A stretch of 64,000 bases of DNA, taken from NCBI GenBank assembly GCA_963829785.1, contig CAWHJZ010000013.1, forward strand, positions 65,377-129,376, in the 5' to 3' direction. Positions 41,601 through 52,970 of the stretch are shown here, in pieces. The stretch's first letter is position 1. Each line of letters opens with the position of its first letter. Under the pieces are notes generated by a model that was given only the letters and a program-made list of their open reading frames with translations, ran no database searches and was not told the origin of the DNA. The position numbers and the translations under genes were made by a program. This DNA is from an uncultured Pseudomonadota bacterium (GTDB lineage Bacteria; Pseudomonadota; Alphaproteobacteria; Rhizobiales; Xanthobacteraceae).

Positions 41601-43470
41601 GTCGGGCGACGTCTTCGGCAACGGCATGCTGCGCGAGACCACCACCAAGCTGGTGGCGGCCTTCGACCACCGCGACATTTTCATCGATCCCGATCCCGAC
41701 CCGGCAAAGAGCTTTGCCGAGCGCAAGCGGCTGTTCGAACTGCCGCGCTCGAGCTGGCAGGACTACGACAAATCGCTGATCTCGCAAGGCGGCGGCGTCT
41801 ATCCGCGTTCGTCGAAGGAGATTCACCTCAGCCCGGAGGCATGCGCGTTGCTGGGCGTGGGCGACCGCGTGACGCCGCAGCAATTGATGAAGGCGATTCT
41901 CAAGGCGCCGGCAGACCTGTTGTTCTTCGGCGGTATCGGTACCTACATTCGAGCCGCGACCGAAGGTGACGAAGCGGTGGGCGACCGCGCCAACGATGCC
42001 ATCCGTGTCACCGGCGCCGAACTTCGCTGCAAGGTGGTCGGCGAAGGTGCCAATCTCGGCATGACCCAGCGCGGACGGGTGGAGGCGGCGTTTGCCGGCA
42101 TCCGGCTCAATACCGACGCCATCGACAATTCCGCCGGCGTCAACACCTCCGACGTCGAGGTCAACATCAAGGTGGCGTTGAGCCCGTTGATCCGCTCCGG
42201 CGCGCTGGCGCTTGATGCCCGCAACGCGCTGCTGGTCGAGATGACCGACGAGGTGGCGCGGCTGGTGCTGCGCAACAACTACCAGCAGACCTTGGCGCTG
42301 TCGCTGGCACAGCGGCGCGGGCTGGAGATTCTCGGCTTCCAGCAGCGCCTGATGCAGACCTTGGAGATGCACGGCGAGCTCGACCGCGCGGTCGAGTTTT
42401 TGCCTGACGAGATAGCGCTTGCCGAGCGCCGCAAGCGCGGCGAACCGCTGACCCGGCCGGAGCTGGCGGTGCTGCTCGCCTACGCCAAGCTCTCGCTCTA
42501 CAACGAACTACTCGCCTGCACGGTGCCGGATGACCCTTATCTCGGCCGCGAGCTCAACCGCTATTTCCCCAAGGAAATGTCGGAGCGATTCCCCGAGGCA
42601 CTGCAATCGCACCGCCTGCGCCGCGAGATCATCGCGACGCAACTGACCAACTCCATGGTCAACCGCGGCGGCGCCACATTGATCGTGCGCATCGGCGACC
42701 AGACCGGCGCGTCGGTGGCCTCGATTTCCGCCGCCTTCGCCGCCGCGCGCAACAGCTACGGGCTGATCGAGCTCAACGGCGAAATCGACGGGCTCGACAA
42801 CAAGGTGTCGGGGGACACTCAGCTTTCGCTTTATGCGGCGACGCAGGATCTGCTGCTCGACCGGCTGGTCTGGTTCCTGCGCAATGTCGATTTGACGGAA
42901 GGGCTCGACGCCATCATCGGCCACTACCGCGAGGGTATCGGCGAAGTAGAGGCAGTGCTCGATACGGTGTTGTCGAAGCATGCCGCCGCCGCGCGGCAGC
43001 AGCGCTTGACCGAATTGACCGGAGCGGGCGTCCCGGAGCCGCTGGCGCGCCGCATGGCGAATCTGAGTGCGCTCAAGCCCGCGCCTGACATCGTGTCGGT
43101 GGCCGACCGCGCCGGCAAGCCGGTGGGCGAGGTGGCGGCCACCTACTTCGCCAACGAAAGCTTCTTTCAACTCGATCGCGTGGCGCACGCGGCGGCCGGG
43201 ATCGCGGTGTCGGATTATTTCGACCGCCTGGCGCTCGACCGCGCGCTCGACTCCATCGGCGAAGCCGAGCGCCGGTTGACGGCCGCCATGGTTGGCAACG
43301 GTCAAGGGAATGGAATTGCCGGCGACGGCGCGGTGGAGGCATGGGTGCGCCCGCGCCAGGCCGACGTCGAACGCATTCGCACCGCGATCCACGAGATCGC
43401 CGGCTCCGGGCTCACGCTGTCGAAGCTGTCGGTGGCGGCGAGCCTGCTGGGGGATTTGGCGAAGCAGTAG
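38644..43470 (+). CDS. gdhB: Large NAD-specific glutamate dehydrogenase (GdhB/GdhZ type)
   Basis: About 1600 aa; DDMPFLVDS, VARGGIRWSDR, KNAVIVPVGAKGGF, VVAADKGTATFSD, GDMSGDVFGNGM, EGANLG. Confidence 0.95.
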   Translation: MAGELPDSEEEGLAHASLAQAGDTLHGRRPDIPAGFVVHLYERTVPEDVVRYDPVELAALAERAFDFLSVRTPGTPKIRCETVRLHEAGEHKQVTVVEVVNDDMPFLVDSVMGELAERKLEVDLAAHPVFGVRREGDKLVAVGGADAPNHTRESFIHAHIETVADPAVCAELCRALELVLKEVRLAVQDWRPMLERVNAIVADIKTNPPPLPVDEIAEAIQFLQWLAADNFTFLGVRNYLFDGHELVPDYDSALGIMRNRDLLVLKRGDEHLEFTPEIMAFLMEPRPLIIAKANIHARVHRRAYLDYIGVKHFDAEGNLLGEQRFVGLFTSTAYTRSAHGIPYLRRKLAAIERRAGFAGNSHSGKALANVLEHYPRDELFQVDEDTLYRFVMTILHLDEHPRVRVLARRDRFDRFVSVLVYAPRDRYGSAVRVKIGAYLAQAYIGRVSAFYPFFPEGPLVRVHFIIGRSGGPTPEVARATLEREIESIIRTWTDGLYESLELSHPPETARALFKRYCGAFSEGFHEAYSPAVAAVDVETIEGLSAERPLGVDFRHRQEEDQRTAGLKVWSLERPLPLSERVPVLENMGFKVVDERTYHIAPQGGHSVWFHDMLLTRSDGEAIDLQATQGPLEATFLMVMRGAAENDGYNALTLVGGMPWRDVALIRTLSRYLRQVRLPFSQDYMWTTLVKHAGIAREIVDLFHARFDPRVEAAKNRDGTQQEIVVRIEEALQAVESLDEDRILRHFLNAVQSALRTNFYQVGDDGQPKPLIAVKFESGKLTTMPLPRPLYEIFVYSPRVEGIHLRFGKVARGGIRWSDRPQDFRTEVLGLVKAQQVKNAVIVPVGAKGGFVPKLMPKGAARDVVQAEGVATYKLFISTLLDITDNIDADGRIVPPENVVRHGPDDPYLVVAADKGTATFSDIANGISEDHDFWLDDAFASGGSAGYDHKVMGITARGAWESVKRHFREMDINIHETPFTAVGVGDMSGDVFGNGMLRETTTKLVAAFDHRDIFIDPDPDPAKSFAERKRLFELPRSSWQDYDKSLISQGGGVYPRSSKEIHLSPEACALLGVGDRVTPQQLMKAILKAPADLLFFGGIGTYIRAATEGDEAVGDRANDAIRVTGAELRCKVVGEGANLGMTQRGRVEAAFAGIRLNTDAIDNSAGVNTSDVEVNIKVALSPLIRSGALALDARNALLVEMTDEVARLVLRNNYQQTLALSLAQRRGLEILGFQQRLMQTLEMHGELDRAVEFLPDEIALAERRKRGEPLTRPELAVLLAYAKLSLYNELLACTVPDDPYLGRELNRYFPKEMSERFPEALQSHRLRREIIATQLTNSMVNRGGATLIVRIGDQTGASVASISAAFAAARNSYGLIELNGEIDGLDNKVSGDTQLSLYAATQDLLLDRLVWFLRNVDLTEGLDAIIGHYREGIGEVEAVLDTVLSKHAAAARQQRLTELTGAGVPEPLARRMANLSALKPAPDIVSVADRAGKPVGEVAATYFANESFFQLDRVAHAAAGIAVSDYFDRLALDRALDSIGEAERRLTAAMVGNGQGNGIAGDGAVEAWVRPRQADVERIRTAIHEIAGSGLTLSKLSVAASLLGDLAKQ

Positions 43471-43495
43471 TTTTTTGCACGCGCCTCTCCGCGCG

Positions 43496-43870
43496 GTCAT
43501 TGCCGGGCTTGACCCGGCAATCCATGATGAGGCGCAAATAGTGGCGAGCTATTTTGTTTATATTATCACGAACAAGCCGCGTGGAACGCTCTATGTCGGC
43601 GTGACCAATGACCTGGTTCGCCGCATCCACGAACACCGCGAAGGCTTGGTGGCGGGTTTCACGAAACGTTACGGTCTAAAGCAATTGGTCTATTTTGAGC
43701 GCTACGACGATCCGCAAACCGCAATCCAGCGCGAGAAAAACATCAAACATTGGTCGCGAGCGTGGAAACTCGATCTTGTCTCCACCGCCAATCCACAGTG
43801 GCGCGATCTCTATTCGGATATCACGTGCTGAACGGCATCATGGATGCCCGGGTCAAGCCCGGGCATGACG
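43496..43870. mobile_element. Candidate element: GIY-YIG gene enclosed by inverted REP-like hairpin repeats
   Basis: 43496-43529 vs reverse complement of 43836-43869: 30/34 identical, all 4 differences compensatory within each hairpin. Confidence 0.7.
43541..43831 (+). CDS. Stand-alone GIY-YIG nuclease family protein (96 aa)
   Basis: GTG start after GAGG; YFVYII...TLYVGVTNDLVRRIHEH...FTKRY...AIQREKNIKHWSRAWK...NPQWRDL. Confidence 0.92.
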   Translation: MASYFVYIITNKPRGTLYVGVTNDLVRRIHEHREGLVAGFTKRYGLKQLVYFERYDDPQTAIQREKNIKHWSRAWKLDLVSTANPQWRDLYSDITC

Positions 43871-43894
43871 CCGAGAATGCAGAACGGCAATCGA

Positions 43895-45487
43895 TCAATG
43901 CCTGAAATGCCGCGTTCCGGTGAACACCATGGCGACGTTGTGCTCGTCTGCCGCCTTGATGACGTCGGCGTCGCGCATGGAGCCGCCGGGCTGGATCACC
44001 GCGGTGGCCCCGGCTTCGATCGCGACCAGCAAACCATCCGGGAACGGGAAGAACGCGTCGGAGGCGACCACCGAGCCCTTGGTCAATGGCTCGGCCAGCT
44101 TCAGTTCGCGCGCGGCATCTTCGGCCTTGCGCGCGGCGATGCGCGCGGAATCGACCCGGCTCATCTGCCCGGCGCCGATGCCCACGGTGGCGCGGTCCTT
44201 GGCGTAGATGATGGTGTTCGACTTCACGTGCTTGGCGATGCGGAAGGCGAAACGAAGGTCGGCCAACTCGGCGTCAGTCGGCGCCCGCTTGGTCACGGTC
44301 TTCAAGTCCATGTCGTCGATGACGGCGTTGTCGCGCGACTGCACCAGCAGGCCGGAGGCAACCGTCTTCGCCGTCAGGCCTTTCGCGCGCGGATCGGGCA
44401 GGCCGCCGGCGAGCAACAGCCGCAGGTTCTTCTTGGCGGCGACGATGGCGATGGCTTCTTCGCTGGCGTCGGGCGCGATGATCACCTCGGTGAAGATCTC
44501 GGTAATGGCTTTCGCCGCTTCCGCGTCGAGCGGCCGGTTGAGCGCGACGATGCCGCCAAAGGCAGACGTTGAATCGCACGCGAGCGCCTTGCGGTAGGCA
44601 TCGATCAGGTCGGCGCCTTCCGCCACGCCGCACGGGTTGGCGTGCTTGACGATGACGCAGGCCGGCGTGCGCTTGGGATCGAACTCGGCGACGCATTCAT
44701 AGGCCGCGTCGGTGTCGTTGATGTTGTTGTACGACAGCTCCTTGCCCTGCACCTGCCGCGCCGTGCTGACGCCGAAGCGCGCGCCCGGCGTGCGGTAAAA
44801 TGCGGCGCTCTGGTGCGGGTTCTCGCCGTAACGCAGCGGCTGGATCAGTTCGCCGCCAAAGGCACGGTAATCGGGCGCGTCGTCATGCAGCGTGTCGGCA
44901 AACCAGTTGGAGATCGCGGCATCGTACGCGGCGGTGCGGGCATAGGCCTTGGCGGCGAGCGCCTGGCGCAATTCGTAGGAGAGCATGCCGGCATGCTGCG
45001 CCAGTTCGCCGAGTACCTTTTCGTAATCGGTCGGCTCCACCACCACCGCGACGTCGGCGTGGTTCTTGGCGGCGGCGCGGATCATGGCCGGCCCGCCGAT
45101 ATCGATGTTCTCGATGCAGTCGTCGTAGGGCGCGCCCTTGGCGACGGTGGCCTCGAACGGGTAGAGGTTCACCACCAGCAGGTCGATCGGCTTGATGCCG
45201 TGCTCCTGCATCGCCTTGGCGTGTTCGGCATTGGCGCGGATCGCCAGCAGCCCGCCGTGCACCTTCGGATGCAGCGTCTTTACGCGCCCGTCCATCATTT
45301 CGGGAAAGCCGGTCAGCGCCGAGACGTCGGTGACGGCAAGCCCGGCGTCCTTCAGTGCCTTGGCGGTGCCGCCGGTGGAGACGAGCTCGACGCCGTAGCT
45401 GGCGAGCTCTTTGGCGAAGTCGATGAGGCCGGTCTTGTCGGAGACCGACAGCAGGGCGCGGGTGATGCGGCGGGGGTGGCTGGTCAT
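43895..45487 (-). CDS. purH: Bifunctional AICAR transformylase/IMP cyclohydrolase
   Basis: [54 protein letters not shown]. Confidence 0.97.
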   Translation of the reverse strand: MTSHPRRITRALLSVSDKTGLIDFAKELASYGVELVSTGGTAKALKDAGLAVTDVSALTGFPEMMDGRVKTLHPKVHGGLLAIRANAEHAKAMQEHGIKPIDLLVVNLYPFEATVAKGAPYDDCIENIDIGGPAMIRAAAKNHADVAVVVEPTDYEKVLGELAQHAGMLSYELRQALAAKAYARTAAYDAAISNWFADTLHDDAPDYRAFGGELIQPLRYGENPHQSAAFYRTPGARFGVSTARQVQGKELSYNNINDTDAAYECVAEFDPKRTPACVIVKHANPCGVAEGADLIDAYRKALACDSTSAFGGIVALNRPLDAEAAKAITEIFTEVIIAPDASEEAIAIVAAKKNLRLLLAGGLPDPRAKGLTAKTVASGLLVQSRDNAVIDDMDLKTVTKRAPTDAELADLRFAFRIAKHVKSNTIIYAKDRATVGIGAGQMSRVDSARIAARKAEDAARELKLAEPLTKGSVVASDAFFPFPDGLLVAIEAGATAVIQPGGSMRDADVIKAADEHNVAMVFTGTRHFRH

Positions 45488-45591
45488 GGCAAGGGGCTAA
45501 CACAGGAGCGGGGCGGAAGTGTATTCAGCATCGTGATACCTGCCCTGCGCGTCCACAGGCAGTTCGCATCGCGTCCGGGGCGGGCGGCCCC

Positions 45592-47355
45592 CTATAGCGG
45601 CAATTCCGGCTCCGCCTCGCGGTCGGGGCGAGCGCCGGGCGCCGAGGGCGGCGAATGGCGGAAGCACCAGCGGACCTTGCCACGGTCGCGGGCGCGGCCG
45701 TAGATGACGATCTGCGTGGTGCGGCGCGGCCCGTCCGGCGCCGACAGGAACACGCTTTCCTCGAGCTGCACCGGGTCGCCGAAGGTGTTGAAGGTCCACA
45801 CCTCGCGGTCGGGCAGCAGCAGGATGACGCCATAACCGTCCGTGAGCCGGCTGGCCTTCACCGCCGGATGCAGGTGGAAGCGGATGGCGAACTCGTCAGG
45901 CGCGCGGGTGGACAGCGCCCGGCCCTCGACGCCGGCGAAACTGTCCTCGCCATCGAGGATGCGCCCGTCCTGGCTCAGGCGCACCGCCCGGGTGTGCACC
46001 ACGGAGAATTCGGGCACGTAGCCGTCGTGCGAAGCGCGCAGCCACACGCCCTCGGCCTGCGTGCCACGCTCCATCCGCACTTGGCGCGGGCCGGCAACAA
46101 TGGGAATGCCGAACAGCAGCTTGCGCAGGCGGATGGCTTCGAGGAATCGGCACGAGGATGTCTCGTTGAAGGTCACGGTCGAATGCGCCGGCGTTGCCCG
46201 CGCCACTTGGCGCCAGTTCTCCTTGTTCACCGCCGGCAGGCCGCAATTGACCACCATCCGTTGCTGGCGCCACGACAGTTCGAACGAGAGGCAGCCGGCG
46301 TGCGCCTCCTGGCTCACCGACAAAGGCGGCGGCCGCCCGGTGTCCATCACCAGGGCGCTGTCGCCGGCGTCGATGCGCTGATAGCCGGAATGCGGCGCGT
46401 TCGACACCGGCGTGCCGCGGGCGTCGTCATAGGCGAGCACGGTGGCGAGCAGGTCGACCGGCGTCGGTCCCATGCCGTTGAACTGCGCGAAGTTACCGTC
46501 GGCGTGGCGGAAGAAGCGCAGCATCGGCATCATGCGGTCGATGGCGTTGTTCATCGGCTGCGGCGGTTGCAGGTGGCGCGCGGAAAACAATTGCCTGAGC
46601 GGCAAGAGATCCGCGAGCAACTCGATGATCACGCCGGGATTGCGGCTGACATGGCCGCCGTCTGGCAATATCTGCCGGTTCAGTTCCTCGCTCAGCCGCC
46701 GCACGTTGCCGCGCACCTGCCCCGACTGGCCCTGGATGCAGAGCGACGCGCAGGTCAGTGCCATCATCGCCTGCAAACGCGGGTAACCGTCGCGTGTTTC
46801 GTTCAGAGTCTTGCGCAGGTAGCGCACTTGCCGCGACAGGCTGCGGATGAAGCGGCGGTAGAAGCGGGCATCGGCGTCCTGCAGCACGAAGGGCGCCTGG
46901 TTCAGCCAGCAGATGACGCGGCGCGACAGGATGTCGGACCGCCAGCCGAGCGAATGCCAGCCGCCCTGCAGGTTGATCCATTCATCAATCAGCGCGCGCG
47001 CGTTGGCGCGGGTGATGGCGGAATCGGCGGCGCGCAGATGGCGCAGCCAGGAAAAGCTCAGCATCACCACCGCCCATTCGTCGGAAGGCGGCGTGACTTC
47101 GAACGGGGAGCGGCGGTCGGAGACCACGACCTTGCCGGCGAAGGCGAAGCGGCCGCTGTAGATTTCGCTGGCGCGGGTGGCGTCGGCGGTGCGCAGGTCC
47201 TGCGGCGCGATCACCACGCGGTCGGTCTTGCCCGAGCCGAAGCGCCAACGCGTGAGCGGGTGCGCATTGAGGCGGCCGAACAGGCTGCGGAATGCGCGGC
47301 GCCCAATGAGCGCGGAGAGCCTGGCTCGCTCCGCGACGGAAACCCGCATCGTCAA
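45592..47355 (-). CDS. Heparinase II/III-like protein
   Basis: QILPDGGHVSRNP, FFRHADG..AQFNG, AHAGCLSFELS, VVNCG, RATPAHST; located between rsmB and purH. Confidence 0.85.
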   Translation of the reverse strand: MTMRVSVAERARLSALIGRRAFRSLFGRLNAHPLTRWRFGSGKTDRVVIAPQDLRTADATRASEIYSGRFAFAGKVVVSDRRSPFEVTPPSDEWAVVMLSFSWLRHLRAADSAITRANARALIDEWINLQGGWHSLGWRSDILSRRVICWLNQAPFVLQDADARFYRRFIRSLSRQVRYLRKTLNETRDGYPRLQAMMALTCASLCIQGQSGQVRGNVRRLSEELNRQILPDGGHVSRNPGVIIELLADLLPLRQLFSARHLQPPQPMNNAIDRMMPMLRFFRHADGNFAQFNGMGPTPVDLLATVLAYDDARGTPVSNAPHSGYQRIDAGDSALVMDTGRPPPLSVSQEAHAGCLSFELSWRQQRMVVNCGLPAVNKENWRQVARATPAHSTVTFNETSSCRFLEAIRLRKLLFGIPIVAGPRQVRMERGTQAEGVWLRASHDGYVPEFSVVHTRAVRLSQDGRILDGEDSFAGVEGRALSTRAPDEFAIRFHLHPAVKASRLTDGYGVILLLPDREVWTFNTFGDPVQLEESVFLSAPDGPRRTTQIVIYGRARDRGKVRWCFRHSPPSAPGARPDREAEPELPL

Positions 47356-47375
47356 TGTGCCCGTCCCCTGCGCCC

Positions 47376-47542
47376 AGTGCCCCTTTGCTTCCGAAGTTCG
47401 CGATACACAGCAGCATCCTCTGACGGGAACTTCGGAAGCAAAGGGGCACTAGTCGGAATATCGTTCTCGTGCCGCTTTCGATTTGAAATTCCTGAAAGAG
47501 ATCGCGGTAAGCGGTGCAGGAACTTCAAATCGGCGGCACGAG
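47376..47542 (-). repeat. Twin-hairpin (RIME-like) element, second copy
   Basis: 24-bp perfect inverted repeat 47376-47399/47427-47450 plus hairpin 47466-47542; homologous to 12289-12454. Confidence 0.8.
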
Positions 47543-47627
47543 GTGCGAATCCCGGGCGCTTGTCCCACGATAGCGAAGGGTTGCCAAAGGGCCAATATGC
47601 AGGGTCCAAGAGGGGATTAAGCGTGGA

Positions 47628-48974
47628 TTAGTCCGCGGCCCGGGTGAGCCGGGCGGCGTAGAACCCGTCGAGCCCGCCCCAGCGCGGGTCTGGGTCGGGC
47701 CAGTATTGCGGCAGCGTGCGCAGGTCGCCCTTGGCGGTCACGAATTCGGCGCTGCCGCCGACCTCGTCGGCCGCAATCGGTTGACGCTTGAGGCGCGGCT
47801 CGCGCGCAAGGAGAGATTCGACCTGCTGTTCGCCTTCCTCGGGTTCGAGCGAGCAGACGCAATAGACGAGCGTCCCGCCCGGCCGGGTCAGCGCCGCCGC
47901 GCGGTCCAGCAGCCGCTGTTGCAGCGAGGTCAGCACCGTGATGTCGGCCTCGCTCTTCAGCCAGGGAATATCGGGATGGCGGCGGATGGTGCCGGTCGAG
48001 GAGCAGGGCGCGTCGAGCAGCACCGCGTCGAACGCTCCGCCATTGGCCGACTCCGGTTGCCACTCCAGCGCATCGGCGGCGACGGTTTCGGCTTGAAGCG
48101 CGAGCCGGGCGAGGTTTTCGGCGACGCGCGCGAGCCGGGCCGGCGAGCGGTCGACTGCGGTGACATGAGCACCGGCATTTGCCAGTTGCGCGGTCTTGCC
48201 GCCCGGCGCCGCGCACAGGTCGGCCACTGAACGACCGCGTATGTCGCCGAGCAAGCGTGCCGGCAGGGCGGCGGCGGCGTCCTGCACCCACCAGGCGCCT
48301 TCGGTGAAGCCGGGCAGGAGGGTGATCGAGCCTTGCGCCAAAGTGCGGACGGTGCCGGTCGGCAGCACCCGCCCGCGCAGGCGTTCGGCCCAGGAGGCGG
48401 CGTCCTGCTTGGGCGTGAGATCGAGCGCCGGCTCGTGGCCGTTGGCCGTGGCGATGGCGCGGGCGGTGTCGGCGCCATAGGCGCCGGTCCAGCGCTTGAG
48501 CAGCCAGTCCGGGGTGTCGCGTGGAGTCTCGTCCGCAAGCAATGCATCGCGATTCTGTGCCACCCGCCGCAGCACGGCGTTGACCAGCCCGGCATAACGC
48601 GCCGCGCGCCGGTCGCCCTGCGCCAGCCGCACCGACAGGTCGACCGCGGCATGGTCTGGCACGTCGAGCCAGAGGATCTGCGCCGCGCCGACAAGCAGGA
48701 TGGTCTCGCAACGCGGCGCGTCGCCCGGAAAACCGCGCTCGAGAAAACCGCCCAGCGCGTGGCGCAGCGTACCCAGCCGCCGCAGCACGGTGGCGGTGAG
48801 CCGGCGCATCAGCGCGCGGTCGCGGTCGGCGAGCGCCGCGATGGCCGGGTGGGCGGAAAGCTGTTCGTCGAGCGCCAGCCGGCGGCGCAACACCCCGTCG
48901 ACGATGTCCACGGCAATCCGGCGGGCGGCGAGGCCCGGGACTTCCGGCTGGGGGGAGGTTCGGGCACGCGCCAT
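47628..48974 (-). CDS. rsmB: 16S rRNA m5C methyltransferase RsmB/Sun
   Basis: NusB-like N-terminus (LVNAVLRR), WWVQD, DLCAAPGGKT, LDAPCSSTG, YCVCSLEPEEGE. Confidence 0.92.
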   Translation of the reverse strand: MARARTSPQPEVPGLAARRIAVDIVDGVLRRRLALDEQLSAHPAIAALADRDRALMRRLTATVLRRLGTLRHALGGFLERGFPGDAPRCETILLVGAAQILWLDVPDHAAVDLSVRLAQGDRRAARYAGLVNAVLRRVAQNRDALLADETPRDTPDWLLKRWTGAYGADTARAIATANGHEPALDLTPKQDAASWAERLRGRVLPTGTVRTLAQGSITLLPGFTEGAWWVQDAAAALPARLLGDIRGRSVADLCAAPGGKTAQLANAGAHVTAVDRSPARLARVAENLARLALQAETVAADALEWQPESANGGAFDAVLLDAPCSSTGTIRRHPDIPWLKSEADITVLTSLQQRLLDRAAALTRPGGTLVYCVCSLEPEEGEQQVESLLAREPRLKRQPIAADEVGGSAEFVTAKGDLRTLPQYWPDPDPRWGGLDGFYAARLTRAAD

Positions 48975-49168
48975 GGGCCGACCTTTGCCACGAAATGTGG
49001 CCCTGTCACGAGGGTCCGCGCAAAAAGTGTCTCGATTCACAGGTTTAGGCAGGCGAAACCGACGCGCGGCCGGGCGGGGCCGGGCCGCGGCCCGTGGATT
49101 GTAAGATCGATATAGACAATCGTAGATTGTGCTTGCGAGAATCGCGTCCCGCCTATATCCCTAGGATC

Positions 49169-49696
49169 ATGTTCTTTGCGCGACGATCGTTCGCCGGCGT
49201 CCGGCAGGGCGGCGGGTTGCTGCTGGCGGGCGCCGCATTCGCCGCCGGCTTGAGCGCGGGCGCTCTGATTGCGCCGGTGCGCGCGGGGCCGGAGCTCGTT
49301 GCCGCCGCCTCGGCGGTCAAGACCAGCACGGGTCTGCGCGGAGGCCATCCGGCGCAGGTGCTGCGGGTGATCGACGGCGACACCTTCGAAGCGCGGGTGC
49401 GCATCTGGCCGGGCATGGACGTGACCACGCGGGTGCGCTTGCGCGGCATCGACGCGCCGGAGCTGCGTGCGCGTTGCGAGGCCGAGCGCGCGCAGGCAAT
49501 GGCCGCGCGCGACGCGCTTGCGCGGCTTCTGGCCCAAGGCGATGTCGGCGTGGCTGAGGTCGGCCAGGACAAATACGGCGGCCGTGTCGATGCGTCGGTG
49601 TCGACCGCGGCGACGCAGGACGTCTCGGACGCGATGCTCGCCGGCGGATTCGCGCGCGCCTACCATGGCGGACGGCGTCGGAGCTGGTGCGGTTAG
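49169..49696 (+). CDS. Thermonuclease (SNase-like) family protein
   Basis: RVIDGDT, VRLRGIDAPE, QDKYGGRV. Confidence 0.88.
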   Translation: MFFARRSFAGVRQGGGLLLAGAAFAAGLSAGALIAPVRAGPELVAAASAVKTSTGLRGGHPAQVLRVIDGDTFEARVRIWPGMDVTTRVRLRGIDAPELRARCEAERAQAMAARDALARLLAQGDVGVAEVGQDKYGGRVDASVSTAATQDVSDAMLAGGFARAYHGGRRRSWCG

Positions 49697-49705
49697 GTCA
49701 GAACC

Positions 49706-50212
49706 TCATCGCAACACGTACACATCCGTCCCCAAACGGACGCGCCGATACAAGTCGACGATGTCGGCGTTGTGCATGCGGATGCAGCCGTGCGAGACGA
49801 ACTTGCCGACCGACGACGGATTGTTGGTGCCGTGAATGGCGTAGTTGCCACGGTCGAGGCCGAGCACCGCGGCGCCCATGGGATTACGCGGCGAACCGCC
49901 GGGAATGACCGGTGCGTTGCGCCGGATCGACGGCGGCGCCTGCCACGCTGGCCGCACCAGCTTGCGGTCGACCCAGGCATGGCCATGCCAGGCCATGCCA
50001 GCGCGGCCGACACCGACCGGATAGCGTATCGCGCGGCCGCCACCAAGCACGTAATAAAGCTCGCGCCGGTGGGTGACGATGACGATGGAGCCTTGCTGAT
50101 AGCCGCTGCGGAACGGCACCATCTGGCCGGCGTTGGCCGGCAACGCCGCCGATACCAACAGCGCAGCGGCGGCCAGCGCCGTTCGAAACCAGGACAACCG
50201 CAAGAACATCAT
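49706..50212 (-). CDS. L,D-transpeptidase (ErfK/YbiS type)
   Basis: Signal peptide, YPVGVGR, NPMG, YAIHGTN...VSHGCIRM. Confidence 0.92.
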   Translation of the reverse strand: MMFLRLSWFRTALAAAALLVSAALPANAGQMVPFRSGYQQGSIVIVTHRRELYYVLGGGRAIRYPVGVGRAGMAWHGHAWVDRKLVRPAWQAPPSIRRNAPVIPGGSPRNPMGAAVLGLDRGNYAIHGTNNPSSVGKFVSHGCIRMHNADIVDLYRRVRLGTDVYVLR

Positions 50213-50736
50213 CGCTGGACGATCACCGGCGTACCGACCTGGACCATCCGGAAGAGCCGGACGATGTCGCGGTTATACATGCGGATGCAGCCATGCGAGA
50301 TGAACTTGCCGACCGATGACGGCCGGTTGGTGCCGTGGATGGCGTATTCGCCGCCGCGCAGCGTGAGCGCCGCCACGCCCATCGGATTGTTCGGCGCGCC
50401 GCCGGGAATGACCCTGGGCAGGCGCGGGTTCTCGCGGCGGATCATCGGCGGCGGCGCCCAGGCCGGCCGCACGAATTTGCCTTCCACGCGCGCGACGCCG
50501 GTCCACTGCATGCCGCGTTTTCCCACGCCAACCGGAAAGCGCAGGGCGCGATAGGGATCGAGCACGAAGTAGAGATGCCGTTCGTGGGTCTTCACGACGA
50601 TGGTGCCGGGCGCGTAGCCCTGGAAACGCACGACGCCCGGCGCCGCATGCGCCAGCGCGGCTGCGAGCAGCGCCCAGGTCAATACGATTGCAACGAAGAG
50701 TGCCGTCCGCTTGAGCACGAGCACCATGAGAAACAC
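50209..50736 (-). CDS. L,D-transpeptidase (ErfK/YbiS type), tandem paralog
   Basis: FPVGVGK, NPMG, YAIHGTN...ISHGCIRM. Confidence 0.92.
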   Translation of the reverse strand: MFLMVLVLKRTALFVAIVLTWALLAAALAHAAPGVVRFQGYAPGTIVVKTHERHLYFVLDPYRALRFPVGVGKRGMQWTGVARVEGKFVRPAWAPPPMIRRENPRLPRVIPGGAPNNPMGVAALTLRGGEYAIHGTNRPSSVGKFISHGCIRMYNRDIVRLFRMVQVGTPVIVQR

Positions 50737-50834
50737 GCCCCAACTGAACTATGGGCGCAATGATAATGCGTCGTGGTCGAGGCTTCCGGGAAAGCTCGCG
50801 GTAACGTAAACGGTGGCTAAAGATGGGCCATTGA

Positions 50835-50860
50835 CCCTCTCCCCGCGGCTGGGGAGAGGG
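50835..50860. repeat. CCCTCTCCC family palindrome downstream of acs
   Basis: CCCTCTCCCC-GCGGCT-GGGGAGAGGG. Confidence 0.65.
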
Positions 50861-50874
50861 CAAAAAAGGGGCAC

Positions 50875-52834
<1,960 letters not shown>

Positions 52835-52970
52835 CTGAATCTGCCTCCCTGCCCACGCTGTAATTGCGGGGTAAATTGGGTTTCCACCCTTGCGCCCATT
52901 ATGCGACGGCGGTCGGGGGCCGGACAAGGCGCGGATTGTGCTTCTTTCGTGGGGGTGCTGCGGTGATGGG

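Noticed and set aside
43292-43540. N-terminal extension of the GIY-YIG ORF (179-aa version)
   Set aside because: It overlaps gdhB and reads through the repeat (VIAGLDPAIH is the translated hairpin); the GTG at 43541 has an RBS and fits a stand-alone domain
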